From assembly GCA_949283145.1 (NCBI GenBank), contig CASDRL010000022.1, positions 1 to 62,543 of the forward strand: a DNA stretch of 62,543 nt, written 5' to 3'. Made by a program: the position numbers and the translations under genes. Under the pieces are notes generated by a model. That model worked only from the letters and a program-made list of their open reading frames with translations. It was not told the DNA's origin and made no database searches. Origin of the DNA: an uncultured Clostridia bacterium. GTDB taxonomy: Bacteria; Bacillota; Clostridia; Christensenellales; CAG-917. Positions within the stretch are counted from its first letter, which is position 1, and the number at the start of each line of letters is the position of its first letter. Positions 60,269 through 62,543 of this stretch are shown piece by piece.

Positions 60269-60979
60269 TCACTTTTCGAGAAGCAAAAGATATTCCCTGT
60301 TTTTGTCCTCGTACATCACGGGGGACGGCGCGGAACCGAGCACTTTGAAGCCCGCCGTTTCGGCAGCCGCCGCCACCTTTTCCACCGCCTTTTTCCTCTC
60401 CTTTTCCGAAAGGACGATGCCTTTCTTTGAAAGGGCGCTTTTCCCCGCTTCAAACTGCGGTTTTACGAGTACGACCGCCCTTCCGCCCTCTTTCAGGACG
60501 CCGAAAAACGCGGGAAGCACTAGGGTCAGGGAAATAAAACTGAGATCTGCGGAAAGAAAGTCTTTGTCCGCGGTGGGCGGGAGTTCTCTGGCATTCGCTT
60601 TGAGGAATGTCACGCGGCTGTCGGAAAGGATATTCTCGGGCAGAGCGCACTCCCCTACATCAACGGCAAGCACGCTCTTTGCGCCCTTTCTCAGCATGAG
60701 ATCGGTAAAACCGCCGTTGGAGCAGCCTATATCGGCGCAATCCGCTCCCGAAAGGTCGAGGGAAAAGACGCGGAGAGCTTCCGCGAGTTTATATGCGCCC
60801 TGCGAGGCGTAGCCTTCATCTTCAAGGATGCGCGCGGTCTTGCAGTCTTCCGGGACGTCGAAAGAGGGCTTTTTCACCACTCTGCCGTCCACTTCGACCA
60901 GCCCGCGCAAAATGAGATTTTCCGCATAAGTGCGGGAACGAAGGGAAAATTCGCGCTGCAAAAAAACATCAAGCCTCAT
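60269..60979 (-). CDS. tlyA: TlyA family rRNA methyltransferase
   Basis: S4 domain MRLD, YASQGAYKL, DIGCSNGGFTD, DLSFISL, LVKPQFEAG, NREYL. Confidence 0.94.
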   Translation of the reverse strand: MRLDVFLQREFSLRSRTYAENLILRGLVEVDGRVVKKPSFDVPEDCKTARILEDEGYASQGAYKLAEALRVFSLDLSGADCADIGCSNGGFTDLMLRKGAKSVLAVDVGECALPENILSDSRVTFLKANARELPPTADKDFLSADLSFISLTLVLPAFFGVLKEGGRAVVLVKPQFEAGKSALSKKGIVLSEKERKKAVEKVAAAAETAGFKVLGSAPSPVMYEDKNREYLLLLEK

Positions 60980-61895
60980 CGTTTTGAGAGGAAGATGCTG
61001 CGCCTTCTACGGGATCGGCGGCGTTTTCATTTGCGCTTTCGCTCTCTTCCGTGGCGGGCGCGTTTTCGCGCATCAGTTCCGCGTCCGACGTGTCCGCAGC
61101 GGGGACGGAGGCGGCTGCCGCATTAGCGCGCGCAGAGGTCTCTTTGCCCTTCACCGCTTTGTCGGCGCCGGATTTGGGCGCTGCCCCGTTCTCTTTTGAG
61201 GCGAGAGCCTGATATTTCTTCTTTTTCTCGACCTGACGACGGCGTCTCCTGCGCTCCTCGGGATGGAAGATGGCGATGATCTTCGCCACAAACATCACAA
61301 ACTCCTTGGATTTGGAGATGGCGATGTTTTTGAGGAAGGCTTTGCCGCCGACCATGACTGCGGAGATGAGCGCCGACACGCCGATGGACAGCCATTGCTG
61401 CCAGCTTTCATCCAGGTTGTCGGTGATGGCGATGACGATGACCGTACCGCAGGAACCGGAGATGATGCTGATGATGTCGCCGATGACGTCGTTGCAGACG
61501 TTGGAGACCTTCTCGTTGTTCTTGACCAGCCACATCGCGGTCTTGGCGCCGTACTCTTTTTTGGACGCCATGGAGACTATCGGCGTGATGTCGCAGGAAG
61601 TGACGGACACGCCGATGCCGTCCGCGATGATGCCCGCGAGCACGATGAAGAACAGCAGCACTACCGTGATCGCGATGTTGCCCGCCGAGGACGTGATCTC
61701 AGTCAGATAGCTGATGAATGCGGAAAGAAAGAGGGTGACGATCGTGATCTTGATCGCCCAATAATTGTGCTTTTTCTTATGTTTTTTCTGGTTTTTTTGA
61801 CGGGACGGAACGGCGCCGTTATCTGCCGGCTTTTGAGAAATTTCGTCGGAAACGTCCTGTGCGCCCTCCGACGGGGCGGAGATGTTCTCTTCCAA
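60969..61895 (-). CDS. oapA: OLE-associated protein A (DUF21/CNNM-like membrane protein) with terminal extensions
   Basis: Directly downstream of OLE RNA; GIIADGIG, SMASKK..GAK, N..KVSNVCNDVIGDI, VGGKA; AGGAG RBS and TTG start at 61895. Confidence 0.85.
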   Translation of the reverse strand: MEENISAPSEGAQDVSDEISQKPADNGAVPSRQKNQKKHKKKHNYWAIKITIVTLFLSAFISYLTEITSSAGNIAITVVLLFFIVLAGIIADGIGVSVTSCDITPIVSMASKKEYGAKTAMWLVKNNEKVSNVCNDVIGDIISIISGSCGTVIVIAITDNLDESWQQWLSIGVSALISAVMVGGKAFLKNIAISKSKEFVMFVAKIIAIFHPEERRRRRRQVEKKKKYQALASKENGAAPKSGADKAVKGKETSARANAAAASVPAADTSDAELMRENAPATEESESANENAADPVEGAASSSQNDEA

Positions 61896-61964
61896 AGCAA
61901 ACTCCTTGCGCGGACGCCTAGGCGTCCGATGTATATGTGCGGCATGAGCCGTGATCTGCGCTTT

Positions 61965-62543
61965 TGCTGGCAACAGCCTGAGTAAACCTTGCGCCATCAG
62001 GTTCGGTAGGCTTTCCCCCTGCGGAAACTCGCCGTCGCCGTACGAGGGGTTTCCCATTACTCCGCAAGATGCAGGGTCTCCCGCTGCACAACCGAATCGC
62101 CACTTAGAGCACACTATAATCCCCAAGCTGCCTCGTGAGAACAGTCTAGAAGATTTCCTTGGCAATTTTCGTCCGCCCTTATCTTTTTTTGCAGACAACA
62201 TTTCGAGAGGCGATCGCCCATCGGCATCGGCCGGATGTCTCGGGGCGTGGATCCTCTGTCCCTGAAAGTCCACTCAAAGCAGGCTACACTGCACACAGCA
62301 CTTGCGCACCGCATAGCAGGTTTAACCCCGGTCAGTAGGCGCTGCGCCCACCGATTCGGGTCTCCGCGACGATCGGGTCGAGTTTCGCATGCCGTTGCAA
62401 AGCGCCCGAAAGTCTTAACTCCCAGCAACAGCCCCGGTTTGGGCAACCAAAGCCATCACCAGAAACTTCATCGATATGCCCTTTGGCGATATTTTACCCC
62501 CGCCTTCGGGTCGGCGAAAACTGACTAGAATACTGCGCCAGCA
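61965..62543 (-). ncRNA. ole: OLE RNA (ornate, large, extremophilic); 5' end at or just beyond the window edge
   Basis: Minus strand has GCAGTATTCTAGTCAG, GAAGGCGGG, AAAGGGCATATCGATGAAG, GCTGGGAGTTAAG, GCAGTGTAGCCTGC.TTGAGTG, GGGGATTA.AGTGTG..CTAAGTGG. TGCTGGC/GCCAGCA termini pair; oapA-tlyA-argR-recN context. Confidence 0.88.

Noticed and set aside
61896-62528. ORF extension to 62273 and small ORFs 61918-62528
   Set aside because: They overlap the OLE RNA; oapA has an RBS and TTG start at 61895.

Overview
GC-rich chromosomal segment of a spore-forming Bacillota, inferred to be a Clostridia member (spoIIA/sigF/spoVA, short EF-Ts, type A RNase P RNA, OLE RNA). Most of the window is housekeeping: a six-tRNA operon, spoIIAA-AB-sigF, spoVAC/D/E, yunB, pheST-mutS2-cysteine desulfurase-thiI, a class A PBP, miaB-mutS-mutL-miaA-ynbB, the rpsB-tsf-pyrH-frr-uppS-cdsA-dxr-rseP-ispG and rimP-nusA-infB-rbfA-truB-ribF clusters, ruvX, an ABC exporter, rnpB, and ole-oapA-tlyA-ppnK-argR-recN. 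The most notable features are: (1) a PolC derivative at the usual polC position that keeps the N-terminal, OB and 3'-5' exonuclease domains, lacks PHP and polymerase, and has an in-frame TAG at codon 43; (2) a sce7726-like nuclease fused to a DarB/COG4646-type SF2 helicase downstream of tRNA-Tyr; (3) an array of palindromic modules built from copies of the tRNA-Tyr 3' end; (4) an OLE RNA with an extended OapA and no adjacent dxs; (5) MutS2 without an Smr domain; (6) an apparent internally deleted relic of cyclic beta-1,2-glucan synthase. All family calls come from motif recognition by eye; no database search was run.
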